Shown: positions 1 through 9,751 of the stretch, one piece after another
Numbering within the stretch: the stretch's first letter is position 1
Layout of the letters: every line of letters begins with the position of its first letter
Source of the DNA: Synechococcus sp. A15-28
GTDB taxonomy: Bacteria > Cyanobacteriota > Cyanobacteriia > PCC-6307 > Cyanobiaceae
NCBI RefSeq assembly: GCF_014280175.1
Contig: NZ_CP047931.1
Location: 1,770,001 to 1,802,000, forward strand
Length of the DNA: 32,000 nucleotides
Reading direction: 5' to 3'
Notes under the pieces: generated by a model
What the model was told of the DNA's origin: nothing
Seen by the model: only the letters and a program-made list of their open reading frames with translations
Database searches by the model: none
Position numbers and translations under genes: made by a program

Positions 1-566
1 GCTATCTGATCGGCAACATGCGCACCGGTCGACCGGACTTTCGCTTCTACAGCCTTGGCAATTCACTGGCGTGTCTGTTCGGTCTGCTGACGGCACCGCA
101 GCAACGCGCCCTCTTCCGCCTTGTGCAACACAACCGCCAGCATTTGATGGCACAGATGCCGATGCGCATCTGTCACCCCCCCATGGAAGGCGTGGAGTGG
201 GAGAACAAGACCGGATCAGATCCCAAGAACTGGCCCGGGAGCTATCACAACGGTGGGCACTGGCCAAGCTTGCTCTGGTACTTCGGGGGATCGATTCTTT
301 TGCACGAGCGGATCCACCCCCATGCGGACATGCTGCTGATGACGCAGATGAAAACGTTGGTGGAGGAGTGCTACTGGAGTCAGCTCAACCAGCTTCCCCG
401 CCAGCAGTGGGCTGAGTACTTCGATGGACCCACAGGAACCTGGGTTGGGCAGCAATCACGCACTTACCAAACCTGGACCATCGTCGGTTTCCTCCTGCAG
501 CATCATTTTCTCAGGGTTGAGCCCAACGACGTTCTGATGCTCAATCTGGACGCCGGATTGAACTAA
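1..566 (+). CDS. glycoside hydrolase family 100 (alkaline/neutral invertase-like), 3' partial fragment; gene begins upstream of the window
   Basis: Open frame runs to TAA at 564-566; C-terminal motifs GSYHNGGHWPSLLWYFGGSILLHERIHPHADM and YFDGPTGTWVGQQSRTYQTWTIVG are typical of cyanobacterial neutral invertases. Confidence 0.85.
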   Translation, partial: YLIGNMRTGRPDFRFYSLGNSLACLFGLLTAPQQRALFRLVQHNRQHLMAQMPMRICHPPMEGVEWENKTGSDPKNWPGSYHNGGHWPSLLWYFGGSILLHERIHPHADMLLMTQMKTLVEECYWSQLNQLPRQQWAEYFDGPTGTWVGQQSRTYQTWTIVGFLLQHHFLRVEPNDVLMLNLDAGLN

Positions 567-574
567 CCAATCAA

Positions 575-605
575 AAGACCCCAACTCCAGGGGAGTTGGG
601 GTCTT
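575..605. terminator. bidirectional intrinsic terminator-like hairpin between convergent genes
   Basis: Perfect 14-bp inverted repeat aagaccccaactcc / ggagttggggtctt with 3-nt loop (agg), between the invertase stop (566) and petD stop (627). Confidence 0.8.
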
Positions 606-626
606 GCGGTCCAAACAGATCTCAGC

Positions 627-1109
627 TCAGAAGAGGCCGAGAGTCAGCGACTTGTCGATGGGGAGCGCAGCACCGATGCCGAGGTAAATGGTGGTGGCAG
701 TACCGAACAGGAAGACCGTCATGGCCACGGGGCGACGGAATGGGTTCTGGAACTTATTGAAGCTCTCGATGAAAGGAACGAGCATCAAACCCAGTGGAAT
801 CAGAGTCTGCAGAGCGATTCCGAGGAGTTTGTTCGGAACGACGCGAAGAATCTGGAAGACGGGGTAGAGGTACCACTCGGGGAGAATCTCCAGTGGTGTA
901 GCGAAGGGATCAGCCTTGTCGGCCAGCATCGCTGGATCGAGCACGGCAAGACCCACAATGCAGGAGATGGTTCCGAGGATGACGACCGGGAAGATGTAGA
1001 GCAGGTCGTTCGGCCAGGCAGGCTCTCCGTAGTAGTTGTGGCCCATGCCCTTGGCGAGCTTGGCGCGCATTTTGGGGTCGGAGAGATCAGGCTTCTTGAG
1101 GATGTGCAT
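627..1109 (-). CDS. petD: cytochrome b6-f complex subunit IV
   Basis: 160-aa ORF: [46 protein letters not shown]... Confidence 0.98.
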   Translation of the reverse strand: MHILKKPDLSDPKMRAKLAKGMGHNYYGEPAWPNDLLYIFPVVILGTISCIVGLAVLDPAMLADKADPFATPLEILPEWYLYPVFQILRVVPNKLLGIALQTLIPLGLMLVPFIESFNKFQNPFRRPVAMTVFLFGTATTIYLGIGAALPIDKSLTLGLF

Positions 1110-1148
1110 CGATAAGTCCAGGTGTTGGGTTAACAGTAGGAACGAAGA

Positions 1149-1805
1149 TCACAAGGGACCAGAAATGCCCTGCTTCCGAATCATCAGGAAGTGCATAAGC
1201 ATGAACACCGCGAGGAGCCAGGGCATCACGAAGGTGTGCAGGCTGTAGAAGCGTGTGAGGGTTGACTGTCCGACGCTCTCGCCACCTCGGAGAAGCTCAA
1301 CCATGAAGTCGCCCACAACGGGGATGGCAGCCGGAACACCAGAAACAATCTTGACGGCCCAGTAACCGACCTGATCCCAGGGAAGGGAGTAGCCGGTGAC
1401 ACCGAAGGAAACCGTGATCACAGCCATGGTCACGCCGGTGACCCAGGTGAGCTCACGGGGGCGCTTGAAACCACCGGTGAGATACACACGGAACACATGG
1501 AGGATCAGCATGAGCACCATCATCGAGGCGCTCCAGCGATGAACCGAACGAATCAGCCAGCCGAAGCTGACATCCGTCATCAGGTACTGAACAGAGGAAT
1601 AAGCCTCGGCAACCGTTGGCTTGTAATAGAAGGTCATCGCGAACCCAGTCGCGAACTGAATCAGGAAGCAGACCAGGGTGATGCCGCCCAGGCAATAGAA
1701 AATGTTGACGTGGGGCGGCACGTATTTGGTGCTGATGTCATCAGCAATGTCCTGGATCTCCAGACGTTCCTGGAACCAGTCGTAAACAGGGGATGAGTTC
1801 GCCAT
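1149..1805 (-). CDS. petB: cytochrome b6
   Basis: [41 protein letters not shown]...; paired with petD on the same strand. Start taken at the second Met of the supplied ORF. Confidence 0.98.
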   Translation of the reverse strand: MANSSPVYDWFQERLEIQDIADDISTKYVPPHVNIFYCLGGITLVCFLIQFATGFAMTFYYKPTVAEAYSSVQYLMTDVSFGWLIRSVHRWSASMMVLMLILHVFRVYLTGGFKRPRELTWVTGVTMAVITVSFGVTGYSLPWDQVGYWAVKIVSGVPAAIPVVGDFMVELLRGGESVGQSTLTRFYSLHTFVMPWLLAVFMLMHFLMIRKQGISGPL

Positions 1806-1872
1806 GCACAAGCGGGCTCGGGTTGCGAAAGTCTACGCAGCTCGCTTCTGCCCAGGAGCCGACACGACCGTG

Positions 1873-3150
1873 ATGTATCCAACTGTTAACGATCCCTCAG
1901 AAGGCCTGCGGGAGAAGCGTTCTCACTGGGTCAAGGCCCTCTTTGTCCTGATCCTCGGACTGTTTTTGACCCTTGGTAGCCCCCATTCCGCCACGGCGCT
2001 GAGCGATACCCAGCAGTTGGTGGTGGATAGCTGGCGGCTGGTCAATCAGGGCTATCTGGATCCCGACCACCTCGATGCCGTGCGCTGGCGACGTCAACGC
2101 CAGAAGGCGCTGGAGAAAAGCATCGTCAGCAGCGAAGACGCCTACGGCGCCATCGAAGGAATGCTCTCAGCCCTGGATGACCCCTACACCCGTCTGCTGC
2201 GCCCGGACGATTACGCCGCACTGAAGGACAGCACCAGCGGCAACCTCAGCGGCGTCGGCCTGCAGCTTGGGCCGTCCGACCAGTCCGATCGGGTTGTGGT
2301 GATCTCTGCCCTCGATGGATCTCCCGCCTCGGATGCCGAGCTCATGACCGGCACCCCCATCGTTGCTGTGGACGGCACACCGGTGACGGAGCTGGGGCTC
2401 GAGGGCACAGCGGCAGCTCTTCGAGGTGACGTGGGAACCCAGGTGGTTCTGAGCATCGAAGCGGCCGATGGTTCCACCGACGAGGTCACCCTGGAGCGAC
2501 GCAGCGTGGACCTGCGCCCGGTTCGGACGCGGCGACTGCGCAGCGATGACCACACCTTCGGCTATCTGCGTATCACCCAATTCACCGATGGCGTTCCTGA
2601 ACAGGTTCAGCAGGCGCTGGAGGAACTTCAGGACAAAAACATCGAAGGTTTGCTGCTGGACCTGCGCAACAACTCGGGAGGTCTGGTGAGTTCCGGTCTG
2701 GCTGTTGCAGACGACTTCCTCGCCGGCGGCACCATCGTGGAAACCCGTAACCGGGATGGGATTGATGACGCCATCGGCGCCAACCCCTTCACCCTTTACG
2801 ACGGTCCAATGCTGACGCTGGTGAACGGAGGCACAGCCAGCGCCAGTGAAATTCTGGCGGGGGCCCTGCAGGACAACGGACGCTCCACACTGCTTGGCCA
2901 TCAAACCTTCGGCAAAGGTCTGATCCAGACCCTGACCAACCTGAGTGATGGAAGTGGCCTGGCGGTGACGGTGGCCGGCTATGTCACCCCCAGCGGACAT
3001 GACATCCAGGGCGAGGGGATTGCGCCGGACCGACAGCTCTCCGATCCAGAACCCCTGGCACCCGGTGCTGAAGGAGACCGTTGGATCAGCGAAGCCGAGC
3101 AGTGGATGGAAGCGCTGCTGGAGCAATCGCCGGACGTCACCGCCGAATGA
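1873..3150 (+). CDS. C-terminal processing (S41) peptidase, CtpA family
   Basis: PDZ plus S41 core: DDPYTRLLRPDDYAAL, GVGLQLG, LLLDLRNNSGGLVSSGL, GTASASEILAGALQDNGRSTLLGHQTFGKGLIQT. Start ambiguous (supplied ORF starts at 1804; ATG at 1873 precedes a hydrophobic signal-like segment). Confidence 0.92.
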   Translation: MYPTVNDPSEGLREKRSHWVKALFVLILGLFLTLGSPHSATALSDTQQLVVDSWRLVNQGYLDPDHLDAVRWRRQRQKALEKSIVSSEDAYGAIEGMLSALDDPYTRLLRPDDYAALKDSTSGNLSGVGLQLGPSDQSDRVVVISALDGSPASDAELMTGTPIVAVDGTPVTELGLEGTAAALRGDVGTQVVLSIEAADGSTDEVTLERRSVDLRPVRTRRLRSDDHTFGYLRITQFTDGVPEQVQQALEELQDKNIEGLLLDLRNNSGGLVSSGLAVADDFLAGGTIVETRNRDGIDDAIGANPFTLYDGPMLTLVNGGTASASEILAGALQDNGRSTLLGHQTFGKGLIQTLTNLSDGSGLAVTVAGYVTPSGHDIQGEGIAPDRQLSDPEPLAPGAEGDRWISEAEQWMEALLEQSPDVTAE

Positions 3151-4418
3151 GTCAACGCACGTATCACGACCCACTCCATCGCGGCATCCAGCTGGACCAC
3201 CAACGGCCCGGCGAAGCCATGGTGATGGCCCTGGTGGAGACAGCCCCCTTTCAACGTCTGCGCAGGGTCCGACAACTGGGACCAGCGTTCCTGACCTTTC
3301 ATGGAGCGGAATCGAGCCGATTCACCCATTCGCTCGGGGTCTTCCACCTGGCCAGGCAGGCCTTTGAGCGCCTGTTGAAACTGGACCCGGCTCTCGAGCC
3401 CCATCGGCCTCTGCTGTATGCAGCTGCCCTCCTGCATGACATCGGCCATGGCCCCCTTAGCCACACCGGTGAGGAAATGTTCGGCCTCCATCACGAAAGC
3501 TGGTCGGCTCGAATCATTCAGAACCATCCCCAGATTCAGACCTGCCTGGAGCAGGAGCAACCAGGCACGGCAAACGCAGTCGCGACCCTCCTCGAACACC
3601 ACCAGGCACCCCATCCCGTGGTGAAACGGCTGGTCAGCAGCCAGTTGGACTGTGACCGGCTGGATTACCTTCTCAGAGACAGCTACAGCACCGGAACCCG
3701 CTACGGCCAACTGGATCTGGAGCGAATCATGGCGGGCCTCACCTTGTCCCCCGACGGGGATCTGGCCATCCATCCCAAGGGACTGATGGCCGTTGAGCAT
3801 TACCTGGTGGTGCGCAACCTGATGTACCGCAGCGTCTACAACCATCGCCTGAACGTGGTGTGCAACTGGTTGCTGGAGCGGTTGGTGCGCCTGGCCCGCC
3901 AGCTCGGACCCGACCTCGTCTGGGCTGATGGCGTGATGCAGCGCTGGCTTTGGAACAGCGAAGAACTCGACCTGGACAGTTTTCTGGCCAACGACGACGT
4001 CCGCACCGGGTATCACCTGCAGCGATGGCAGGAGGAGGGTCCTCCAGCGCTGGCCAGCCTCTGCCGCCGCTTCCGGGAACGGGATCTGCTCAAGGCCACG
4101 GCCGTGACACAGCTCACCCGCGAGGAGCAGCTGCAGGCCCTGGCGGTCGCCGGGCGGCTGGCCGAACAACGGGGTATCGATGCCTCCCTCAGCTGTGGAC
4201 TGCGTCATCAGGAACTGAGGGGCTATCACCCCTATCGCGGGGGACTCAGGCTCTGGGATGGGCAGCGGATGCAAGCCCTGGAGGAGGCGTCCCCCCTGGT
4301 GGCCAGCCTTGCCACCCCTGCTGCCACCTCATGGCTGATTCATCCCCGGGAGATCCAGAAGGAGCTGAAGTCAGCGATGGACGTTGAATGGGGCTCAACC
4401 TTGACGTCCGCCCGGTGA
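3147..4418 (+). CDS. HD-domain metal-dependent phosphohydrolase (dNTPase/YdhJ-like)
   Basis: MSQRTYHDPLHRGIQLDHQRPGEAMVMALVETAPFQRLRRVRQLG...LLHDIGHGPLSHTGEEMF; HD motif present; ATGA overlap with upstream stop. Confidence 0.88.
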   Translation: MSQRTYHDPLHRGIQLDHQRPGEAMVMALVETAPFQRLRRVRQLGPAFLTFHGAESSRFTHSLGVFHLARQAFERLLKLDPALEPHRPLLYAAALLHDIGHGPLSHTGEEMFGLHHESWSARIIQNHPQIQTCLEQEQPGTANAVATLLEHHQAPHPVVKRLVSSQLDCDRLDYLLRDSYSTGTRYGQLDLERIMAGLTLSPDGDLAIHPKGLMAVEHYLVVRNLMYRSVYNHRLNVVCNWLLERLVRLARQLGPDLVWADGVMQRWLWNSEELDLDSFLANDDVRTGYHLQRWQEEGPPALASLCRRFRERDLLKATAVTQLTREEQLQALAVAGRLAEQRGIDASLSCGLRHQELRGYHPYRGGLRLWDGQRMQALEEASPLVASLATPAATSWLIHPREIQKELKSAMDVEWGSTLTSAR

Positions 4419-5047
4419 TGACGCTTCACCTCCCGGATCGCCATCTTCAGCACTGGCGGGATGCGCTGCCAGCCCTGCTGACCGCGTGCCCCTTGGGGCA
4501 GCTCGATCTTCACTGCGGAGACTGGTCGCTGACCTGCAGTGACCTCAGAGATCTGCAACGGATGCTGGAGGACTCCGGTCGTCAGATCCGCCGGTTGCAC
4601 GCGATGAACACGGAAACCGTGGTGAGTGCGACGGCGATCGGACTGGATGGTCAGCTTTGTGAACATCTTTCCCCTGAAGAGACAAAGCAATCCCCGCCTC
4701 CAGGGAGCCTGACGGTTCATCAGGGAACCCTCCGCTCCGGGGATCACCTCCAGAGTGATGGAAGTCTGCTGGTGGTTGGCGACGTCAACCCTGGAGCGCG
4801 GATCAGTGCAGCCGGAGATGTGATGGTTTGGGGCCGTTTGCGGGGGGTCGCCCATGCGGGCAGGGACGGTGCAACCGCAGCGCGAATTGTGTCGATGCAT
4901 CTGAGGCCGCTGCAACTGCGAATCGCTTATGTGGTGGCGCGCGGTCCGGAGGATCAACCGGTGACCGGCATGGCGGAGCAGGCGCGTCTGGTGGATGGCG
5001 AGATCGTGATTGAGCCGGCCCAGACCCAGGCGCCTGCCATGGCCTGA
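4418..5047 (+). CDS. minC: septum site-determining protein MinC
   Basis: C-terminal MinC beta-helix region (TVHQGTLRSGDHLQSDGSLLVVGDVNPGARISAAGDVMVWGRLRGVAHAG) and position directly upstream of minD/minE. Alternative start at 4388. Confidence 0.93.
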   Translation: MTLHLPDRHLQHWRDALPALLTACPLGQLDLHCGDWSLTCSDLRDLQRMLEDSGRQIRRLHAMNTETVVSATAIGLDGQLCEHLSPEETKQSPPPGSLTVHQGTLRSGDHLQSDGSLLVVGDVNPGARISAAGDVMVWGRLRGVAHAGRDGATAARIVSMHLRPLQLRIAYVVARGPEDQPVTGMAEQARLVDGEIVIEPAQTQAPAMA

Positions 5048-5102
5048 TCGGTTGTCACCTGCAACACGCTGCCTATCGTAATCAGACCTTTGTGATGACC
5101 TC

Positions 5103-5915
5103 GTGTCGACGACGCGAACAATCCTGATCTGCTCGGGCAAGGGCGGCGTCGGCAAGACCACAACAACAGCCAACCTCGGCATCGCCCTGGCCCGCCGAGG
5201 GGCCAGCACCGTCGTGCTGGATGCGGATTTCGGTCTGCGCAACCTTGACCTTCTTCTTGGACTGGAGAACCGCATCGTCTACACCGCCCAGGAGGTCTTG
5301 GCGGAGACCTGCAGGCTGGAGCAGGCCCTGGTGAAACACAAACAGGAGCCGAATCTGGCGTTGCTCCCAGCCGGCAACCCACGCATGCTCGAGTGGCTGA
5401 CTCCCAAGGACATGCAGGCGATCGTGGCGCTTCTGGAGGAGCGCTTTGATTACGTGCTGATCGACTGCCCAGCAGGGATCGAAGATGGCTTCAAGAATGC
5501 AGCCGCTGCGGCCAGGGAGGCCGTGGTGGTGACGACACCGGAGGTGGCTGCCGTCCGTGATGCCGACCGCGTCATCGGACTGCTGAACACCCAGGGGGTT
5601 TCTCCGGTGCAGCTGGTCTTGAACAGAGTCAGGCCAAAGATGATGACCACCCAGGAGATGCTGTCGGTGGACGATGTCACGGACATCCTGGCGCTGCCAC
5701 TGCTCGGTCTGGTGTTTGAAGACGAGCAGGTGATTGTGAGCACCAACCGCGGCGAACCCCTCACCCTTGGCTCTGCCAGTTCCCCTGCGGCCCAGGCCTA
5801 CATCAACATCGCCGGACGCCTTCAGGGTGAGGACATTCCTCTGATGGATCCTTCCAAGGCCCGTCAGGGACTGCGCGCCAAGATGCGCAGGCTGATGCAA
5901 ACCAAGATCTTCTGA
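5103..5915 (+). CDS. minD: septum site-determining protein MinD (ParA-type ATPase)
   Basis: [33 protein letters not shown]; deviant Walker A; 270 aa. Confidence 0.98.
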   Translation: MSTTRTILICSGKGGVGKTTTTANLGIALARRGASTVVLDADFGLRNLDLLLGLENRIVYTAQEVLAETCRLEQALVKHKQEPNLALLPAGNPRMLEWLTPKDMQAIVALLEERFDYVLIDCPAGIEDGFKNAAAAAREAVVVTTPEVAAVRDADRVIGLLNTQGVSPVQLVLNRVRPKMMTTQEMLSVDDVTDILALPLLGLVFEDEQVIVSTNRGEPLTLGSASSPAAQAYINIAGRLQGEDIPLMDPSKARQGLRAKMRRLMQTKIF

Positions 5916-5919
5916 ACCG

Positions 5920-6180
5920 ATGACCCTGCAAGATCTGATCGACAAACTGCTGGGGCGTCAGCCTGCGAGTGCCGACACAGCCCGTCAGCGCCTGCAGCTT
6001 GTGCTGGCCCATGACCGCAGTGATCTCAACCCGGAATTGTTGGATCAAATGAGGCGCGAGATTCTGGAGGTGGTGTCCCGCTATGTGGAGATCGACCTTT
6101 CCGAAGGCGATGTCAGTCTTGAAACCGAGGATCGTGTCACCGCCCTGGTGGCCAATCTGCCCATTCGCCGCACCCTCTGA
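5920..6180 (+). CDS. minE: cell division topological specificity factor MinE
   Basis: [59 protein letters not shown]; immediately after minD. Confidence 0.97.
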   Translation: MTLQDLIDKLLGRQPASADTARQRLQLVLAHDRSDLNPELLDQMRREILEVVSRYVEIDLSEGDVSLETEDRVTALVANLPIRRTL

Positions 6181-6229
6181 TCCGTTTCGGCCCGGCCCGG
6201 GGAATGCTTCTGTCAATCGACGATGATGC

Positions 6230-6439
6230 ATGCTCTCCGACATTCCCCTCACCCCTGCTGAACAGCGGGTGAGCGCCCTGCTTCTGCAAGGCCTCAGCAA
6301 TCGCGCCATCGCAGAGCGACTGGTGATCAGCCACCGCACGGTGGAATGCCACATCAGCCGGGCCCTGGCCAAAACCGGTTGTGTCAACCGGCTGGAACTG
6401 GCGCTGCGGATGCTTACGATGCCCTCATCGCCGGCTTAG
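6230..6439 (+). CDS. stand-alone LuxR/NarL-type helix-turn-helix protein (69 aa)
   Basis: LTPAEQRVSALLLQGLSNRAIAERLVISHRTVECHISRALAKTGCVNRLELALR is a complete LuxR-type HTH with no receiver domain in this ORF. Confidence 0.8.
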   Translation: MLSDIPLTPAEQRVSALLLQGLSNRAIAERLVISHRTVECHISRALAKTGCVNRLELALRMLTMPSSPA

Positions 6440-6501
6440 CTCAGCGGTAGAGCAGCGCTTTTGTAAAGCGAAGGTCATCGGTTCAAATCCGTTAGCCGGC
6501 T
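6430..6501 (+). tRNA. tRNA-Thr(TGT)
   Basis: Acceptor GCCGGCT/AGCCGGC, D-loop AGCTCAGCGGTAGAGC, anticodon loop TTTGTAA, T-arm GGTTCAAATCC; CCA not encoded. Confidence 0.96.
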
Positions 6502-6510
6502 TCCGAGTGT

Positions 6511-6684
6511 TCAAGCCCCAGGAGTCTCCCCCTGGCGGCCAGACACAAGCCAAAGCACTGATGGCAGGACGATCCAGCCCAGCCATCCGAGGCTGAGGAC
6601 TGCTGTCAGAACAGCTTCCAGAGGTTTCAGCAACCAATGGATCAAACCCATCAGCAGCAGGATGCTCCCAATCAGCGTGGTCAT
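6511..6684 (-). CDS. small hydrophobic (membrane) protein, 57 aa, translationally coupled to the Sua5/YrdC gene
   Basis: Read manually: MTTLIGSILLLMGLIHWLLKPLEAVLTAVLSLGWLGWIVLPSVLWLVSGRQGETPGA*. Its ATG (6684-6682) overlaps the upstream gene's TGA (ATGA). Below the length cut of the supplied ORF track. Confidence 0.65.
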   Translation of the reverse strand: MTTLIGSILLLMGLIHWLLKPLEAVLTAVLSLGWLGWIVLPSVLWLVSGRQGETPGA

Positions 6685-7286
6685 CCGCCTTCGGCAATCC
6701 CCTCAGGCATCACAGCACCTCGGCGCACCACATTCCAACGTCCTGAGGCCGACCAACTGAACACCGTGCTGGCCTGTCCCGAAGGAGGGGACCAGGGTTG
6801 CGGTCCCAGCTGGGGGAGATCAGGGAAATAGAGCGCAGCCTGCTCCGGTGTCATGGCCGCAGGATCGCCGGAAGGATTTGCACTGCTGGTGGCCAGGGGA
6901 CCGGTGCGTTGCAGCAGCTCACGGCTCTGATCACAGTTGGGAATACGGAGCCCAAGACTGGTCCCACCTGGGTTCAGCGCTTCCAAGACATCCCCATGGG
7001 CAGGAAGCACCAGCGTCAGCGCTCCAGGCCAATGCTGCTCAGCCAGCCGGCGAGCATCGTCGCGGCACGCCGGCTGGACATGGTGCAGCAACACCTCGAC
7101 GGAAGCCCCCATCAGGATCAGGGGTTTATCGGCAGGCCTGCGCTTCAGTCGCCAGATGGCATCGGCATGCTTCGGAGCGATGGCCAGTCCCGGCACGGTG
7201 TCGGTGGGAATCACCGCAGCGCCCCCTGCAAGGAGGTGGCTTGCCAGCTGTTCAGAGCTCAGCACCCTGGCTGCATGGCTGGTCAT
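6681..7286 (-). CDS. Sua5/YciO/YrdC-family protein (threonylcarbamoyl-AMP synthase-like)
   Basis: AGGAAVIPTDTVPGLAIAPKHADAIWRLKRRPADKPLILM ... WPGALTLVLPA ... SLGLRIPNC ... TGPLATSSANPSGDPA. Confidence 0.93.
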   Translation of the reverse strand: MTSHAARVLSSEQLASHLLAGGAAVIPTDTVPGLAIAPKHADAIWRLKRRPADKPLILMGASVEVLLHHVQPACRDDARRLAEQHWPGALTLVLPAHGDVLEALNPGGTSLGLRIPNCDQSRELLQRTGPLATSSANPSGDPAAMTPEQAALYFPDLPQLGPQPWSPPSGQASTVFSWSASGRWNVVRRGAVMPEGIAEGG

Positions 7287-8173
7287 GACGGATGGGAACG
7301 CGACCGGCAGGCCATGGCGAAGCGCTTGATGCCCTCCAGATCTTGGGCTGCACGGATCGAGGTCAACCCGGCCTCCTTCAACAGTTCGAGCACCGAATCA
7401 CTCTGATCATGGTGATGCTCAATCAGGATCCACCCTGCTGGGGCCAATGCACGACAAGCTCCGGCCACAACCTCGCGGATCGCATGCAGACCGTCGATTC
7501 CGCCGGCTAAGGCCAGATGGGGTTCATGGTCACGGACCACGGAATCGAGGTTGTGGATCAACTCCGAAGGGATGTACGGGGGGTTGCACACCACAAGATC
7601 AAGGCGTCCCCACCACGGCTCCAATGGGTCCCACCAACGGCCCTGATGCAGATGCCACCTTCCCTTGGGAGCCAAAGCCTCAAGATTGGTCCTGGCTAAG
7701 GCCAGGGCATCGGCGCTGAGATCCACGGCATGTCCTGGGGTCGAGGGCATCGCCCGACTCAGGGCAACGGCAATGGCTCCGGAGCCTGTCCCCAGATCCG
7801 CCCAACGTCCAACGGACATCCCGGCGACCGCCTTCAACGCAAGGTCCACCAGCACTTCCGTTTCCTGGCGTGGAATCAGGGCTGCGGCCGACACCGCGAG
7901 TTCAACATCGCGCCAGGGACAGCGACCCACAAGATGCTGCAGAGGTATGGCCTGGTCGAGGTGCAGTCCCCAGATCTGCTCGAGTTCCTGTAGCGCAACC
8001 TTGAGCTGCACCATCTGCTGCGGCTCCACCAGTAGGCGCTGGAGAGACGACCAGGACAGGCCACCGGCGAGGTCCAGAAGCCAGTCGAAATCAACCCGAC
8101 GACCTCCTCGCTTGAGCTGCAGACGACGCCAATTGAGCAGCGAAGCACCCTCCAGCAGCTGGGCGGTGGTCAC
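7283..8173 (-). CDS. prmC: peptide chain release factor N5-glutamine methyltransferase
   Basis: PLQHLVGRCPWRDVELAVSAAALIPRQETEVLVDLAL, DLGTGSGAIAVALSRAMP and the VVCNPPYIPSE (NPPY) motif; GTG start overlapping the dprA stop. Confidence 0.95.
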   Translation of the reverse strand: MTTAQLLEGASLLNWRRLQLKRGGRRVDFDWLLDLAGGLSWSSLQRLLVEPQQMVQLKVALQELEQIWGLHLDQAIPLQHLVGRCPWRDVELAVSAAALIPRQETEVLVDLALKAVAGMSVGRWADLGTGSGAIAVALSRAMPSTPGHAVDLSADALALARTNLEALAPKGRWHLHQGRWWDPLEPWWGRLDLVVCNPPYIPSELIHNLDSVVRDHEPHLALAGGIDGLHAIREVVAGACRALAPAGWILIEHHHDQSDSVLELLKEAGLTSIRAAQDLEGIKRFAMACRSRSHPS

Positions 8174-9234
8174 GGCCGACAGGGCTTCCAGAGAAATCCA
8201 GACTCACACACCACCTGCCCAGCCAGTTCAAGGTCGAGCAGTTCGCTGGCCAGGCGACCGGCCGGCAGCTGGAGGGTCTGTTCAAGCTGCTCGATGGAGG
8301 CCCCCGCTCCCAGAGCCTTCACCAAGGCGGGAGCCGTGTCATTGACCTGATGGCAGGGGCCTGGGCCGAGGTGCTCCACCAGCTCTTGCGGTGAGAGCAA
8401 GGGGGCAGCCGCGTTCTGCAGAAGCCTGTTGCTGCCGCGGCTGGACCAACGCCCCGCATCCCCAGGGACGACCCAGACAGGACACTGTTGCTCTGCAGCG
8501 AGACGCGCTGAGATCAACGCCCCGCTGCGATCGGGACACTCCACCACCACCAGAGCGCAGGAAAGACTCACCAACAGACGGTTCCTGGCGGCGAAGTGAC
8601 CTGGCTGAACGGACTCACCCGGCCTGCGTTCGCTCAACAACAAACCCTTTTGAGCGACCTCCTCCTGCAGCGCGTGGTGATGCCGCGGATACACACGATC
8701 CAGCGGTGTGCCCAGCACAGCAACAAGGACGCCACCAGCGGCGAGGCAACCACGGTGGGCGGCCGCATCAATCCCCTCCGCCAGCCCACTGACCACGGGC
8801 CAGCCGGCTCCAGCCAGAACCGTGCCCAGATGTTCCGCCATGCGAAGACCATGATCTGAGGCGGCACGGGTTCCGACCACAGCCACAGCACGGTTCTGAC
8901 CAAGACAAGCGAGCACATCGGCTCGCCCCTGTTGATGGAGCACCAGCGGAGGCCGATCAAGCCGGTTCAAGCCGCATGGCCAGTCCTGATCCAGGGGGGT
9001 CAGAACATGGTTCGGGATCTTGAGCTGGGGGCTCGCGCCCTGCTGCTGCCGATAACGCTCGACTTTGTCGAGGAGGGAGTCAGGCCAGGACAGCACCAGA
9101 GCAAGGCGCTCCCGGGACCATGTCCAGCAGTCGTCGAGCCCCACGCCGTGCTCCACAGCAGCGTCCTGGAGCGCCGCCATCCGCGATGAACCGATACCCG
9201 GACAACCACTCCAGGCCCACCACCATCCGCGCAT
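8170..9234 (-). CDS. dprA: DNA processing protein A (DprA/Smf)
   Basis: AVVGTRAASDHGLRMAEHLGTVLAGAGWPVVSGLAEGIDAAAHRGCLAAGGVLVAVLGTPLDRVYPRHH and C-terminal winged-helix-like region. Confidence 0.94.
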   Translation of the reverse strand: MRGWWWAWSGCPGIGSSRMAALQDAAVEHGVGLDDCWTWSRERLALVLSWPDSLLDKVERYRQQQGASPQLKIPNHVLTPLDQDWPCGLNRLDRPPLVLHQQGRADVLACLGQNRAVAVVGTRAASDHGLRMAEHLGTVLAGAGWPVVSGLAEGIDAAAHRGCLAAGGVLVAVLGTPLDRVYPRHHHALQEEVAQKGLLLSERRPGESVQPGHFAARNRLLVSLSCALVVVECPDRSGALISARLAAEQQCPVWVVPGDAGRWSSRGSNRLLQNAAAPLLSPQELVEHLGPGPCHQVNDTAPALVKALGAGASIEQLEQTLQLPAGRLASELLDLELAGQVVCESGFLWKPCRP

Positions 9235-9260
9235 GCACGAATCAGTACAGATGTACTAGC

Positions 9261-9707
9261 TTAAGGCTGTATGGGCCCCTTCTGCAGGGCAGCGAGGGCA
9301 GGCCGTATGGCTTCCGGAGGCCGGCGAAGCAGTCGCCCTTCGCCCAGGATCACCAGTTCGACGCGGGCTTCAGCCATCACCCGACCGTCAAGCAGAAAAC
9401 GACTTGTCCAGGGCCAGCGCGCCCCTGATTGAGACCCGCAGCAACTGTCCAGCACAATCTGATCGCCATGGCGGATGGACCGGCGGTACTCGAGGGTCAT
9501 GGCCACGACGGGCATTTCCAAGCCCATGTCCGCCATCGCTGAATAACTCAGGCCAGCAGCCGCCAACGCTTCAACCCTGGCCTCCTCCAGCCAGGCCACG
9601 TAGGCCCCGTGCCACATCACCCCGGCGTGGTCCGTGTGCTGCGGCAACACCCGTTTCAAAAGCCTCCAGGGCTGGGGCGTAACGCTGTTCGTCAGCTTGT
9701 CGTTCAC
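9261..9707 (-). CDS. acyl-CoA thioesterase, 4HBT/hotdog family
   Basis: RVLPQHTDHAGVMWHGAYVAWLEEARVEAL...EYRRSIRHGDQIVLDS matches the YbgC/4HBT signature. Confidence 0.85.
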   Translation of the reverse strand: MNDKLTNSVTPQPWRLLKRVLPQHTDHAGVMWHGAYVAWLEEARVEALAAAGLSYSAMADMGLEMPVVAMTLEYRRSIRHGDQIVLDSCCGSQSGARWPWTSRFLLDGRVMAEARVELVILGEGRLLRRPPEAIRPALAALQKGPIQP

Positions 9708-9751
9708 GCGGAATCCTGCCCATAGGCTTTTGACGAGGTTGCCGCAACGCC

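Noticed and set aside
1453-1796. ORFs in other frames overlapping petB (1453..1695 -, 1497..1796 +)
   Set aside because: They lie on or opposite an unmistakable petB and look like high-GC shadow frames.
2167-4274. Long minus-strand ORFs 2167..3174 (335 aa) and 2979..4274 (431 aa)
   Set aside because: Fully antisense to the S41 peptidase and HD-hydrolase genes; no recognisable domains in the translation. Explained by coding-strand codon bias.
4340-5945. Minus-strand ORFs 4340..5275 and 5082..5945
   Set aside because: Antisense shadows of minC/minD, which are clear on the plus strand.
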